DNA from: Desulfobacterales bacterium
GTDB taxonomy: Bacteria; Desulfobacterota; Desulfobacteria; Desulfobacterales; UBA5852
Direction of reading: 5' to 3'
Length of the DNA stretch: 64,000 nucleotides
NCBI GenBank assembly: GCA_963674755.2
Contig: CAXXVS010000001.1
Coordinates: 640,001-704,000 of the forward strand
Shown: one piece after another, positions 18,129 to 27,869 of the stretch
How the letters are laid out: the number at the start of each line of letters is the position of its first letter
Numbering within the stretch: the first letter of the stretch is position 1
Position numbers and translations under genes: made by a program
The notes under the pieces: model-generated
The model's database searches: none
What the model was told of the DNA's origin: nothing
Seen by the model: the letters and a program-made list of their open reading frames with translations, nothing else

Positions 18129-19442
18129 TCAAATACTATAAAATGACCGATCAAAATCGGGTGGGTCGTAAGAAAACACCTTAGGGAATGTTTCTTCATA
18201 AATACCAATTTTTTCCGCAACCCCTCTCAACATCCTAATAGTAAGAAGCCTTTTGCTTTGAAATTTCCCTAATGAGCTATTATACACTTTAATTATACCA
18301 TCACCAACTTTAACCGGGCAGCCACTTAATTTGATGGCCTTTTCACAATCCGGATTGTTTCTAATTGAACAATCACCTATCAAAATAACTTTTTGGGACT
18401 CTTTATGGGGATGAACTTTATCGCCCATCACAAATTCAATACCATTAAACGATGATCCCTTATTGTCTTTTGTAAAGATACCAAAAAATGCATCTGCAAA
18501 AAGTGAACAATTAGTGCAGAGCGTTTTACCTGGCCATTGAAATGTTACCCCTTTTATATCGTAATCTGCCAGAATTTGTTCTGCTTCCATCATCCGCCAC
18601 TCAAGGGGAAATCTAACTTCATCGATACTTTCCCCTTTTGTCTCTATGTCTTCAAAGTCGGGAAATTGTCCGACTAATTTTCCATATCTGTATAAGTACT
18701 CTACTATATGTGGATCAATACCCAAGCAGGCTGTACCTACAATGTCAGCTAAAAAAGCGTCCTGACTTGCTATGATTAAATTGGTTCGATACGCACGCCC
18801 GGATGTTGTAGGACCTCTTTCAAGAGAGTAAATGCCATCAATTATATTTAATTTTGGTTTTAGGACATTATTTAAACAGGCAATCATTTCATCCAAATCA
18901 GTTTTATGAAATTTCATCTTCGAGCTCTGTTTTAAACAACCTTTCAGATTTTTAAGGCTCATTGAAACGGTAGTTTGAACATGAGTTTTCAAAACAGGGA
19001 CATTAATCATAAAATCGCTTTCAAGAGATTCGCGGGCAAGATTTACTTTGGTTGGTCCTAGATCGATGAGCTTGAATTCGCCTTTGTTGAAATCCACGAG
19101 TTTAACTCCATATTTTTTTGCTAATTCAGTAATACCTGTACATTTAAAACCATTCGTGGTGTTTAAATTTAATTCTTTATGATATGGGGCTCCCTCACCG
19201 ATGGTAATATCATTGCAACCATACTCGCGTAAAAGAATAACGATGTCTTCTATAACCTTGGTGGTGGTTACCACTCCGTATAAAGGTATCTTTTTCCTAC
19301 GTGAGGCAAACACAATATTCGGCTTAATTAGTACTTTATCGTTCATTTTTAATCCATTAAATCCATTACACAATTCTACAGCATGTTTTACGGTTTCATG
19401 ATTCTTTCGATATCTTACAATAGAAACAGGTCGGTTGTTCAT
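18129..19442 (-). CDS. DUF362 domain-containing protein (AT-rich)
   Basis: VLIKPNIV, INVPVLKTH, SLKNLKG, IIDGI...GP; C-terminal CTNC, GDC, GCP. Confidence 0.85.
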   Translation of the reverse strand: MNNRPVSIVRYRKNHETVKHAVELCNGFNGLKMNDKVLIKPNIVFASRRKKIPLYGVVTTTKVIEDIVILLREYGCNDITIGEGAPYHKELNLNTTNGFKCTGITELAKKYGVKLVDFNKGEFKLIDLGPTKVNLARESLESDFMINVPVLKTHVQTTVSMSLKNLKGCLKQSSKMKFHKTDLDEMIACLNNVLKPKLNIIDGIYSLERGPTTSGRAYRTNLIIASQDAFLADIVGTACLGIDPHIVEYLYRYGKLVGQFPDFEDIETKGESIDEVRFPLEWRMMEAEQILADYDIKGVTFQWPGKTLCTNCSLFADAFFGIFTKDNKGSSFNGIEFVMGDKVHPHKESQKVILIGDCSIRNNPDCEKAIKLSGCPVKVGDGIIKVYNSSLGKFQSKRLLTIRMLRGVAEKIGIYEETFPKVFSYDPPDFDRSFYSI

Positions 19443-19602
19443 TTTACTTCTCCCTGAGTTAAATTCTAATGAGGGTAAAAAGCAGTCAAGCCGATATTGT
19501 CATATTGTTCTAATCCTACAAACCCTCCTATATTGACCTATATATTCATTTAGAGAAATTGTTGGCACATGGAGTCGCTATCATAAATGGAGATAGATCG
19601 GA

Positions 19603-19761
19603 TTGGAAAGAAGTCGAGGAGGATATTTGGCGGAATGACATCAGGTAAGAGAAAACTTCGGTCATCGCTATAGAGCAGGAGCAAGAACCGAGAGCTACGG
19701 CAGGATTTTGAAACCTAACTTCATATAATAAAGGCCATTTAGATTTGTCAAGGTTTTCTTG
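19603..19761 (-). repeat. Degenerate ~160-bp repeat, copy 1 (with TTGACA-N17-TATTAT promoter-like element)
   Basis: Core 19649-19687 matches 26268-26306 at 32/39; TTGTCAAGrTTTTCTTG shared at near-identical spacing. Confidence 0.6.
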
Positions 19762-20166
19762 TAGTTATGTTAGCAGCTACAAAAGGCGCAAACCTTTGAT
19801 TAAGTGATAATCAATGAAAAATCACAATCAAACCGAGGCGTTTGATTTTCCAGATTACGTGCCACTGGACCAACCGCCTGAGGCTGAGGCTAGCGTCCAG
19901 ATAGGCATTTGATACCAAAGGGGCATCATGCAGGACGAATCCGATCCAGGGCTATCACCTGATCATACTTGGATTAGGATCGGCTACAATAAAAATTTCG
20001 CGGCTTGATTAGTGCGGGACAATAACAGCTTACACAATTCTACGAGTTTTATGGGCTAGCCGGAGGTATCTGCAACACAAGCATCTGTGAAGTCACGCGG
20101 CTCACGGGAACACAATCCCCAGCACGCCCTTGTCCGCCAAAATCTTAAATGACTTAACTATACCAA

Positions 20167-20286
20167 TTAGTTATTCTTATCTGGTTTTTTCATTAGATCT
20201 TTTATTCGGAGCTTAAGACCAAAAGCGTATACGATTATAGCAAAAATCCCAAAACCTAACCCTACGCAAAGAGCAAAGATTTTCAT
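20167..20286 (-). CDS. Small membrane peptide (39 aa; MKIFALCVGLGFGIFAIIVYAFGLKLRIKDLMKKPDKNN)
   Basis: Manual translation; GGAG upstream; one hydrophobic helix and a basic tail. Confidence 0.4.
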   Translation of the reverse strand: MKIFALCVGLGFGIFAIIVYAFGLKLRIKDLMKKPDKNN

Positions 20287-20550
20287 GGTTATAGATCTCC
20301 ATATTTTTGGTTATACGCAAGGAGATGAACAAAGTCCCATCAAAAACCAACCAGCCAAAACCAGCATTTACACGATCATACCTTTCGGCATGTAATTTTG
20401 AACGGTTCGGCCCGCCCCACTGATTGGGAGAGCCCGCACAAAGTAATATATTGAATAGGCTGGCGACGAGGTGGAGTTGTATGACTTAATCAGAAGCAGG
20501 GCTTTTTACGTCTGCTGTATTTAAGGGTTAGGCGACCAATTAAGTCCCTA

Positions 20551-20975
20551 TCAACGCCTATTGAATTTCTTCCAGGACGGAATCTGAAAAATGCAATCAT
20601 CCGCCTCCTGTTCCATTCTCAAAAAGAGTGGCAAAGGTAGGGTGAGTGTCAAAATATCATCCCGGAAACGTTGACGCATAACGCCTCTGCCTTCGGCCCC
20701 CAACATACCCAGCACAGCTCGAGGTGCTTCCGATTCAGCCTCGGCATAAGCAAAAGCGGCCATACTGTTACAACATGCACCCTGGGGTACTCTGACTGAG
20801 TCCGTTCCTTGCATAATGGATCCTGCAAGCGTCACAAGACCTGAAAGCTCAACCGGGTTAACCGGGAAAATAACGGCGCGGATGTTCTCGCCGGCATCAG
20901 TGTGTCTGAGAGGCCTGAACAGGACATACGCGCAAGGGATGTCATACTTCTGTAAGAGCTTTGCATACATCCGGC
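20551..20975 (-). pseudogene. C-terminal fragment of a DUF169-family protein
   Basis: YVLFRPL...VIFPVNPVELSGLVTLA...GACC...RAVLG...W resembles the DUF169 C-terminal half; the upstream part of the ORF overlaps the acyltransferase and does not look genuine. Confidence 0.6.
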
Positions 20976-22244
20976 CTAAATAACCTTCGCTACCGTTGGT
21001 ATGCGCCGAAGGGCGGCAACCGATGCCCAACTGAGTATCAATGTGCCTATGAACACGACGATTCCCTTCACGCCGGGGGCAAGGGCGCTGCCCAACAACA
21101 AGTACTGAAGCCACGTAATAAAAACGTAGTGAACAATATAGATCCCGTATGCGTTTTCACTCAGGCTGTCGAAAAGACGTACACGTCGTTTCGCAAACCG
21201 AAGAAAGAGTCCTATCAGTCCTGAAACCATCGCCCAGCCGCAGACCACGAACGCAATCTCACTGACGACGGTTCGCTCCACAGGCGTAACAGCCACGACC
21301 ATGATGACAAACACCGTATAAGACATCAGCCCAACGGCTACCCACCCCCACCAACGTTTTGCGAGCAGTTCGCCAGTTCGATAGATACTGCGGTCAATGC
21401 CGATGCCACCGACCGCAGTGCCCGTAAGGAAGTACACCAGGTAGAGCAATATCCGGCCCGCCTGTGCATTAAAAGGTCCGATTCCAATCCACTTCAGAGG
21501 TCCGAAAAAAATGGCGACAGGTGGGTACACAATGATTGAGAGTCCAAGCAGTACGCCCAAAAACGCCACAGGGCGGGCAAGGATGATACGCAATTGATCT
21601 CTGACCAAACCGCCAAGGAGCAGCGCTACGCGGTACAGGAAGATCGCCAGGCAATTGAAAGCCAGCAGCAGCCACAAGAACCAGAGGGGGCCGGCAGTCC
21701 CGAAGCCGGATCGGACCATTCCAAGCCAGAATACGCCATAACGAATGCCCTTTCCGGTAACCAGCCCCACTTCGAGCTGCGCCGGGTAGTATGCCAGCGG
21801 AATCAGGAAAAAAACACCAATGACGAAGGGAAGGCCGAGCCTTTTCAGGCGATCCTTAACGTATTGGCCGGCACCCTTGTTTGCCAAACTCTGCCAGACA
21901 AACATCCCGGAGATAAAAAACAACAATGGCATTGAAAACGTTTCGTTGAACGCCACAATCGCATCGAACCCGATCCAGCGCTGCTCGTTTACGACCGGAT
22001 TGGAGCTCGCGATCGGATTCTCAAAATTAATGAAAGCAGCTGTGGTGTAGGCGAGAGCCGCATGAACGAACAGCACGAGGGTAATGGCAAATGCCCGTAA
22101 ATAGTCGAATGCTACCTTCCGCCCGGATCCTTCCGTCAAATCGGGTGTCGCACTTTCGCCAGCTTGCTTGTCTACAACCGAACGAATCGTCCTAACGGCA
22201 GCTCTCCCAAAAACGTCTATCCGGCAGCGTTTGAAGCGAATCAC
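20976..22244 (-). CDS. Acyltransferase family 3 (OpgC/MdoC-like) membrane protein
   Basis: FDYLRAF...H, MPLLFFISG, DRLKRLGLPF, GPLWFL, AYGIYIVH; about 10 TM; start uncertain. Confidence 0.88.
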   Translation of the reverse strand: MIRFKRCRIDVFGRAAVRTIRSVVDKQAGESATPDLTEGSGRKVAFDYLRAFAITLVLFVHAALAYTTAAFINFENPIASSNPVVNEQRWIGFDAIVAFNETFSMPLLFFISGMFVWQSLANKGAGQYVKDRLKRLGLPFVIGVFFLIPLAYYPAQLEVGLVTGKGIRYGVFWLGMVRSGFGTAGPLWFLWLLLAFNCLAIFLYRVALLLGGLVRDQLRIILARPVAFLGVLLGLSIIVYPPVAIFFGPLKWIGIGPFNAQAGRILLYLVYFLTGTAVGGIGIDRSIYRTGELLAKRWWGWVAVGLMSYTVFVIMVVAVTPVERTVVSEIAFVVCGWAMVSGLIGLFLRFAKRRVRLFDSLSENAYGIYIVHYVFITWLQYLLLGSALAPGVKGIVVFIGTLILSWASVAALRRIPTVAKVI

Positions 22245-22349
22245 CCGATTGTGTCATAATTTATTTCAATCCGCTACAATACATGATGTTTCACCTATGC
22301 AATTTGAGATAGGCTACCAATGCGCTGTTATATAAATTTACACATACCA

Positions 22350-23183
22350 TCAGAGTTGTACATGAATCATGTTGTATAAACGAAAGAGCGCTACGATTGT
22401 AATTTGCAGGATTTCCTTTTTACTAAAATCATTCCTGGCAGGTACTCTCGAAAGCATAGGATATTCCTCAACGACTTTGATTGTATCAACCCACTTTCGA
22501 AGATCCGAAGCTCTTTTCAGATGCCACTTAACCAGTGTTGATGCGTCAAATCCGCTATTGTTAATTATTTTCCTGTTAGTCCCCCAGGCAACGAGCCGTG
22601 ACATGGCATCAAAGATAACGTGGGATGAAGGAAAAGTTTCGGCAAGCTTACGGAACAGGATTTCTACCTCCCGGGCTTCGAAATAGCATAGTACGCCAGC
22701 CGCCATGAACAAAATAGGACGGCCTTTCGTCCGTCGGGATATGACATCAATCCAGGTGAAATCAAAAACGGATTTGGCAATTGTTATTTCTCGTTCTGAA
22801 TCAGGAATGAGCCTCTGCCGCAAAGCAGCGACATCCGGAAGATCGATATTGACCCATAGAACGGTTCCCTGGTCAACCCGCTGAAACGTAGTGTCTAAAC
22901 CCGCTCCAATATTTACGACCACAGCTTTACGTGAATTCTTGAGAAATGCGGCAATGATGTTGTCGAAGTTATATGCGCGGATTGCCCATACACCCTGATG
23001 ATCTGCCGCCGGCCCATCCTCGATCCGCGAGAAATCATAATCGATACTTTCGACTATCTTCTTGGCATAGGTGTCACATACGACAGGATTGTCCTTTTCT
23101 GTCTCCCGAGCTCTTGCCCATAGAGGCAGTATCAAAGTCTCCTGGATTGCACCAAGATCGATCTTAATAACCGGTTTATCCAT
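22350..23183 (-). CDS. Class I SAM-dependent methyltransferase (LCM/TcmP-like)
   Basis: QETLILPLWARA, VVNIGAGLDT, IDLPDV. Confidence 0.88.
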   Translation of the reverse strand: MDKPVIKIDLGAIQETLILPLWARARETEKDNPVVCDTYAKKIVESIDYDFSRIEDGPAADHQGVWAIRAYNFDNIIAAFLKNSRKAVVVNIGAGLDTTFQRVDQGTVLWVNIDLPDVAALRQRLIPDSEREITIAKSVFDFTWIDVISRRTKGRPILFMAAGVLCYFEAREVEILFRKLAETFPSSHVIFDAMSRLVAWGTNRKIINNSGFDASTLVKWHLKRASDLRKWVDTIKVVEEYPMLSRVPARNDFSKKEILQITIVALFRLYNMIHVQL

Positions 23184-23194
23184 ATTACCCTGGA

Positions 23195-24145
23195 TTAATT
23201 CCTTAGAAACGCCCCAATGATTTTAGTTGCCAGCTCCGGTTGGTCTTCCGGAACGAAGTGGCCGCAATTGGGGATTCTCTCCATTTGGGACCCCATGATA
23301 TCATTATGGATACGGTCCCCAAGGGAGAGAGGAAGATAGGTATCGTTTTCCCCCCACAAAATGAGCGTGGGCTTTTCAATTGTATTGAGATTCTTCTCGA
23401 TGAATTCCAGATCTTTCATGTAATCGATGCGAAGCGTTCCGAGCATGGACCTGTTTAGTTTGTCAGGATTTCCATCCGGCATGTAGTATCGCTGGACAAG
23501 CCCCTCTGTGATCCGGGATTTATTCATTACGCCCTTTTCCAAACCAGATCGGGCCACCGATTTTCCCCCTATCCACATGAATATTTCCCCAATGGGCCGG
23601 ATCTTGGCCACCTTCATGGAAAGGGGCCACGGCGGGAGATCCCTGTGGAGAAACGTGTCGAGGATGATCAGCCGTTCGTATTTGTCCGGATGCCGCAGGG
23701 CATAGGTGAGAGCAATTGGACCTCCCCAATCGTGGCAGACCAGTGTCGCCTGTTCAATGGAGAGGGCTTCCAGAAAGCGCTCAAGAACGCGGGCGAAGTT
23801 TGAAATCCTGTAATCGCCATCACGCGGAGGATCTGAAAAGCCGAATCCGGGCAGGTCCAGGGCGATCACTCGCCCATGAGCGGAGAGTGCCTCGATCATG
23901 TCTCGCCAGAGAAAAGAGGACGTCGGGATCCCATGGACAAGCACTATGGCGCTCCCTTGCCCCTTCTCCATATAACTGATGTTGATCCCTTCCACAGAGA
24001 CCTGTTTCATAGGATACCTTTCAGATGCAGGATGGGCTGCCTGTTGTGGGCTGCATCCTGCAACCAGCAGAAATATAAGGGCAAAATTTAATCCCAGTAC
24101 ACCCAAATCTGTTCCCGATAATAACTTTGTAAATATATATTTCAT
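23195..24145 (-). CDS. Alpha/beta-fold hydrolase, probable lipoprotein
   Basis: LVAGC lipobox, HGIPTSSFLWR, DLPGFG, HDWGG (Asp nucleophile, epoxide hydrolase/dehalogenase type), CGHF. Confidence 0.88.
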   Translation of the reverse strand: MKYIFTKLLSGTDLGVLGLNFALIFLLVAGCSPQQAAHPASERYPMKQVSVEGINISYMEKGQGSAIVLVHGIPTSSFLWRDMIEALSAHGRVIALDLPGFGFSDPPRDGDYRISNFARVLERFLEALSIEQATLVCHDWGGPIALTYALRHPDKYERLIILDTFLHRDLPPWPLSMKVAKIRPIGEIFMWIGGKSVARSGLEKGVMNKSRITEGLVQRYYMPDGNPDKLNRSMLGTLRIDYMKDLEFIEKNLNTIEKPTLILWGENDTYLPLSLGDRIHNDIMGSQMERIPNCGHFVPEDQPELATKIIGAFLRN

Positions 24146-24158
24146 AACGCCCCCCTCT

Positions 24159-25010
24159 CTAATGAAGTCCTTCGAAGAGTCTGACCCGTCCGGATCGCAC
24201 CAATTCCCTAAGACTTTCTAGGCATGCTTCGGGAGCAGCATAATCAGGGTGGTTTTTAAAGAGTGCCGCCACGCGTTGAAGGGCATCCAGCTCTTCAAGA
24301 TGCTCTATCGAAAGCCTGTCTCCTTCATCACGGCGGCGATGTCCTGCAAAAGCCAGGTTTTGTGGATCGATCACATGGGTTTGGATGGCAAAAGGTGCTG
24401 CATGTTTACAATGGCAGGGGTTTTCCACCTTCACGGCGCCGCAATTCTTGAGCATGAAAGTCCGAATGCGATCGCGTGCCCGTGAAAGTCTTTTGCGATA
24501 AGCTGCCGGTGAAATGTCCAGAATATAGGCCCCTTGCTGACTGATAACATCAAAAATTTCACTCAAGATGAAGGTGATTCGATGGGGACGGTCCAGACAA
24601 AGCAGCATGCCATGGGTACAGCTGAGCATCACTTCTTTCACAATCAGGCTTCGTTCGGCCTCGGGAACAGATTCAGGCCACTCGGAGGCAAGCTCGATCT
24701 CGAGTTGGGCCTCGTATTCCTCAAAAGAAACGACCTGATTCTCAGCCAGGCGCTTGCGGGTGGTCAGAAGATGATTCGCCGCAATACGGTACACCCAGGT
24801 GGTAAACGCGCTCTCTTGTCTGAAGCTGTCGAGGTGCGTAACAACCTTTATCAGAATCTCCTGTGCGGCATCTTCCGCGTCAGACGGGTACCCGAGCATC
24901 CGAAGCGCCAACCCGTAAATTCGATCCTGGATCCCCAGGACCAGGGATTCCAGCGCTTCCCTGCTACCCTCTTTTGCCTGCTGAACCAGATCTTCAAGTG
25001 TGGCTTTCAT
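24159..25010 (-). CDS. ECF sigma-70 factor with Cys-containing C-terminal extension
   Basis: DAEDAAQE, FTTWVYRIAAN, RKRLSRAR; extension with CG...NPCHC; start ATG 25010 after GGGAGG. Confidence 0.9.
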   Translation of the reverse strand: MKATLEDLVQQAKEGSREALESLVLGIQDRIYGLALRMLGYPSDAEDAAQEILIKVVTHLDSFRQESAFTTWVYRIAANHLLTTRKRLAENQVVSFEEYEAQLEIELASEWPESVPEAERSLIVKEVMLSCTHGMLLCLDRPHRITFILSEIFDVISQQGAYILDISPAAYRKRLSRARDRIRTFMLKNCGAVKVENPCHCKHAAPFAIQTHVIDPQNLAFAGHRRRDEGDRLSIEHLEELDALQRVAALFKNHPDYAAPEACLESLRELVRSGRVRLFEGLH

Positions 25011-25201
25011 GGTTGAACCTCCCATTTTTCCGGATCTAATATTTTGGACTGTAATCAGCCAAGGAGTGTGACCGGAAAATTCAAAGATCTGCCGCTTGAG
25101 ATCAGAAAGTGATACAAGATCTCGTGATAGCTTCCCACCGAACGAACCCTCAAAGCCCTTAATCCTTCCTATGTGTCTGATCGATATCCAATGAAAGTCT
25201 T

Positions 25202-25953
25202 TCATTTGCCTCCTGGAGGGTGAAGGCGGTCCAAAAACGATACTGTTCTTGACCATGCATCGGCGGCGTCTTGGGGGCGGTAAGTGAATAGCGGGACATT
25301 TATGTTAAGATTGAAACAGTGCCCGGCATCTGGATACTCAATTAACTCAAATGGTACTGTTTTCGGAGCCTCGGCCAACTCTCGCATAGACGCGATCAAA
25401 CAGCAGTTCTCGTAGTGGTCCTGCCCGCCGGCGAGCAACAGGACAGGTGTCTGAAGTCCTGCCGCAAAGGTCCCCATGTCCCATCCCGTCGTCGTAATAG
25501 CAGGATAATAGGCTACCACGGCAGACACTTGATCCTTCAAGTTGGCACCGTATCTCAGCACTCCCGCGCCACCGATTGAAAATCCGACCAGGGCGACTTT
25601 CCCGGGAATGGCTTGAGGTGATAACTTCGAATCAGCGATAACGGTCTGCATGTTTTCAGCACCAGGCACAATAAGACCTATACGACCAGGGTCGATTAAA
25701 TCCTTCCCATCCAGTAGCACCGTATAGTAGCCAAGTTTCGCGAGTTTTGAACTGAAGCCACGATAAAAACCCGTGCCCGAATAGCCCGAGGCGACAATGA
25801 CAATGGCGCCTTTACCACCGACAGGAGGAAAGATTTCGCATTGCGGACCTTGTGATTCAGATGAGCACTCTACGAAGATCGCTAGGCCAAAAAAAGCGGA
25901 GAGCACATATAATAACAGACCGCGTGAGGAAATCCTGCGATTTGAATAATGCA
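25202..25953 (-). CDS. Dienelactone hydrolase family protein
   Basis: GFSIGG nucleophile, AYYP, LLLAGGQD, YPDAGHCF, AWSR; probable TTG start behind GGAGG. Confidence 0.8.
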
Positions 25954-25989
25954 AGCGCCTATTGCCTCCATTTTTGTCAGTAAGGATTA

Positions 25990-26190
25990 GGAATGATGTT
26001 GTCTTCCGGTGAATCGACAATTCGCTCGTGATATTGCCGGGCAAGGTCATTGACGGCGGAATGGCAGGCTTTGAAGGTGTGGACGGTGGCCTCCTCAATG
26101 TCACGCCAGAGTCGGCAGTTGCCCTTGACGTCTGCGATGGGAATACCCACAAGCTTACGCTTGGCCGAAGAGAATCGTAACTTTCATCAT
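25990..26190 (-). pseudogene. Frameshifted N-terminal gene remnant (unknown, possibly transposase-derived)
   Basis: GGAG-ATGATG start MMKVTIL, shifting frame into SAKRKLVGIPIADVKGNCRLWRDIEEAT...; lies downstream of repeat copy 2. Confidence 0.3.
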
Positions 26191-26223
26191 GATGAGCTTC
26201 TCCTTTCTTTGAGGGAAATGACG

Positions 26224-26379
26224 TTGGAAAAGAGGTGTCGTTGATTTAGTAGAAGGGGAGCAGATCAGAAAAAACTTCGGTTATCGGTGGAGAGAAGGAG
26301 CAAAAATAGGAAGTTGTGTGACAGGCACGTGGACTTTTTTTGGGTACCAAAATCAATTCAAATTGTCAAGATTTTCTTG
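26224..26379 (-). repeat. Degenerate ~160-bp repeat, copy 2
   Basis: See copy 1 at 19603-19761. Confidence 0.6.
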
Positions 26380-26601
26380 GCGTTAGGCTTAGGCTGGATA
26401 GGCCCAAAAAGAATTGGCTGTGATTGATTTTATAGAGCGTTTACAACGCCTAAATATGACAGATAGCCGACTGCTCCGAAAAACAGATCAGATTACTATT
26501 GCAAATATCGCCTTCAATGAGGTATTTTTCTTTCAGGAGTAAATGTTAAAAATATCGGTCTAAATTTTTATATAATATCAAACGGATAGGTAAATGATTA
26601 G

Positions 26602-27183
26602 ATGAAAACCACCGAGTATCGTTGTGCTAAAGTGCCTGTCAAAGGTTCTGCAACTCTTGGAAATGAAGTGGTTAATCGGAGCGACGAAAAAGTGGCACGA
26701 ACTAAACAAACTTTAGATGCCCTCGACAATCGGATAATAGCGATGTTGGAACAAAACGGAAGGATCCCAAACACAGAGTTGGCCAAACAGCTTAAAACCT
26801 CTGAAACAACCATTCGGAAAAGAATCAAGAGACTCATCGATAACGAACTTATCAAGGTTGTAGCCGTAAGGAATCGAGCGACCTTAGGATATGATACAAA
26901 TGGTAATATCCGAATTGAAACTGATACCCGCAAGACACAAAGTATCGCAAATAAATTGGGCAAATTCAGTGAAATATGGTATATTGCCATTTTAGCTGGC
27001 GATGCAGAATTTGATATTGAATTCAGTGTAAAATCCCTCCACGATATGAAACTTTTGCTCGACAGGATTAACCGCATCGATGGGGTAATCAGAACCAGAC
27101 CTTCGATTCGGCTCCAAATGGTTAAACAACTAGGTGAATTTACAGCATTCACCAACCCTGCAATTAAAAAATCAACGAAATAA
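26602..27183 (+). CDS. Lrp/AsnC family transcriptional regulator
   Basis: LDALDNRIIAMLEQNGRIPNTELAKQL...TIRKRIKRL HTH and RAM domain; start may be downstream. Confidence 0.92.
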   Translation: MKTTEYRCAKVPVKGSATLGNEVVNRSDEKVARTKQTLDALDNRIIAMLEQNGRIPNTELAKQLKTSETTIRKRIKRLIDNELIKVVAVRNRATLGYDTNGNIRIETDTRKTQSIANKLGKFSEIWYIAILAGDAEFDIEFSVKSLHDMKLLLDRINRIDGVIRTRPSIRLQMVKQLGEFTAFTNPAIKKSTK

Positions 27184-27869
27184 TTTCGAAATTCGAATTT
27201 TACCTTAAACGGCCTAAACGATTCCGTTCCAGCCCCCCTTTCCCTGACGTCTATCTAATACTTGAAGGACGCCCTCCCAAAAAGCATTATTTTCCATTGT
27301 TTCAATCAGTTATTATCTATTACCCTTTTTAGCGCCTATACCTTCATCCAAATCATCCCTGCAGGGTAAATACTAAATCGCTGTCCATTGCGAATGGGAA
27401 AATTGCGTTATTGTACGATTATCGTTTCTTTATAGGCTATATATGTTCGTTTTTCGGTAAATAATAGTTGACATTCGAATGGTTCGTTAATTATATGGGT
27501 GTTCGTGGCAGTGAATTTTTATGCCACGCATTTCCCAAATATGAGCGAAAGATCCTTCATTAGTAGCTCTGACAGCACATATGAAACGGTTCTTCTTTTG
27601 TATTATTTCCGAGAATACCGTTTTTTCGAACCCGTAGGCCTGAAAGGCTGTCATAGCAAAGCGCTATGCTATTTTTTGAAATTTTTTTTGTTTTCATCTT
27701 TCGTCTACTCGCCAATGTGTCTTTAGCCGAAAATTATCTAATCAATTTCTTTCAGCGGAAGAGTTTGCGGGCTATGCCTGCGGTTCTAAAATCTCGGCGG
27801 CCATAGACGGAGCTGTATCGACCACCTCTGTACGCATACTAATTTGTAAAAATAAGATCGGGAGGACTT

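Noticed and set aside
19780..19870. Possible IS left-end hairpin
   Set aside because: Weak pairing, no following transposase ORF and no matching right end found
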